This document shows, piece by piece, positions 63,044 through 64,000 of a DNA stretch of 64,000 nucleotides (position 1 is its first letter; each line of letters begins with the position of its first letter). Origin of the DNA: Botryllus schlosseri (Eukaryota); the NCBI GenBank assembly GCA_051294905.1, contig CM119384.1, positions 19,344,001 through 19,408,000 on the forward strand. Reading direction: 5' to 3'. The translations under genes were made by a program, and so were the position numbers. The notes beneath the pieces are model-generated. The model saw nothing but the letters and a program-made list of their open reading frames with translations. It was not told the origin of the DNA and did not search any database.

Positions 63044-63633
63044 AGTGTCATATATGGTGTCGACGCAAGCAAATCTCACGGCTCAGTGAAATTGTATCAC
63101 GTCACAATTTCCATTTGGCTACAGGCAATTTGACGGTCATTTTTGACCGGCTTGCCGAGCATTAAATTTGGTAAAACAGGTATCAATCGAAAGCTGACTC
63201 TGCACTGATTACGAAAATATAAATATTATTCCGCTCGTGGCCCTGGAACTCCCACAATCAGCCTCGAATTTTTGACAGTTATGGAGATTGGCATTGGGAC
63301 GCAACAATGCTGTCTGGCGAAACGAGAGAGTAACTCAAGAGAAAAAGAGCCAGACAGCATTGTTCAGCAATGTTGCGTCCCAATGCCAATCTCGCTAACA
63401 ATGAAAAATTCGAGGCTGATTGTGGGAGTTCCAGGGCCACGAGCGGAATAAAATTTATATTTTCGTAATCAGTGCAGAGTTAGCTTTCGATTGATACCCG
63501 TTTTACCAAATTTAATGCTCGACAAGCCGGTCAAAAATGACCGTCGAATTGCCTGTAGCCAAATGGAAATTGTGACGTGATACAATTTCACTGAGGCGTG
63601 AGATTTGCCTGTGTCGACACCATATAGGACACT
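63044..63633. repeat. Foldback element: ~275-bp near-perfect inverted arms, 30-nt loop
   Basis: 63044-63318 pairs with 63349-63633 with scattered mismatches and one ~10-nt indel. No TSD recognised. Confidence 0.92.
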
Positions 63634-64000
63634 CGATACTTTCGAATCGCGGTTCGCAGCTGCCATTTCATTGTTGTATTACGCATATCGCGAAAAGCTT
63701 GACGGATATATGTCAGATAGCTAGCCCTACGATGTGTTTTTCCGAAACCACACAGTTGTCAAAAGCATGGGATTATCCTATCATCGAAATGTCCGCATTC
63801 CATATATAACATTGCTCCATAATCTGTAGTCTGTAATCTGAGGTTAGCCTACGAAACAACGCCTGTCAGTGGGATTCAATTGCTCATAAAAGCATGTGCA
63901 TTGTGCAGTGAGGACACTAAGACCGTTGAAACCAGCTGGTGTATCATTCTACCTGTTTAATTCTCTCATTCTGCCATTTATTGCATGATATTGATGTGTG

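Noticed and set aside
63640-64000. GPCR TM6-TM7 exons
   Set aside because: No frame with CWxP or NPxxY was found; they probably lie beyond the window.

Overview
AT-rich animal genomic DNA with spliceosomal introns. Many introns are only ~55-65 nt; a tunicate or other invertebrate chordate is my best guess, and it is inference only. Three spliced + strand genes could be rebuilt by hand with consistent exon phases, and the ORF track mostly misses them. (1) A secreted ApoD-like lipocalin, 6 exons, 3820-6409, 210 aa. (2) A complete NOX4-type NADPH oxidase, 15 exons, 23705-35641, 655 aa. (3) A GPR84/Tre1/Moody-like class A GPCR, 5 exons, 46861-62257, covering the N-terminus to TM5; TM6-7 were not found in the window. 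About a quarter of the window is non-autonomous hAT elements from more than a dozen families, most with verifiable 8-bp TSDs and several nested. Also present are dead CR1/L2-group LINEs (including a ~98% identical inverted duplication), two tRNA-derived SINE groups, a Penelope remnant with a minimal hammerhead ribozyme motif, and two long foldback elements. No transposase ORF, CRISPR array, rRNA or true tRNA gene was seen. The most unusual items are 28-34 bp hAT-like hairpins (one with a perfect 8-bp TSD), the hammerhead, a ~55-aa insertion and a CGP-to-CGS change in NOX4, a strongly cationic lipocalin with an extra exon, and a hAT family carrying a double-CRE/E-box palindrome upstream of two of the genes. 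All alignments were done by eye and no database search was run.
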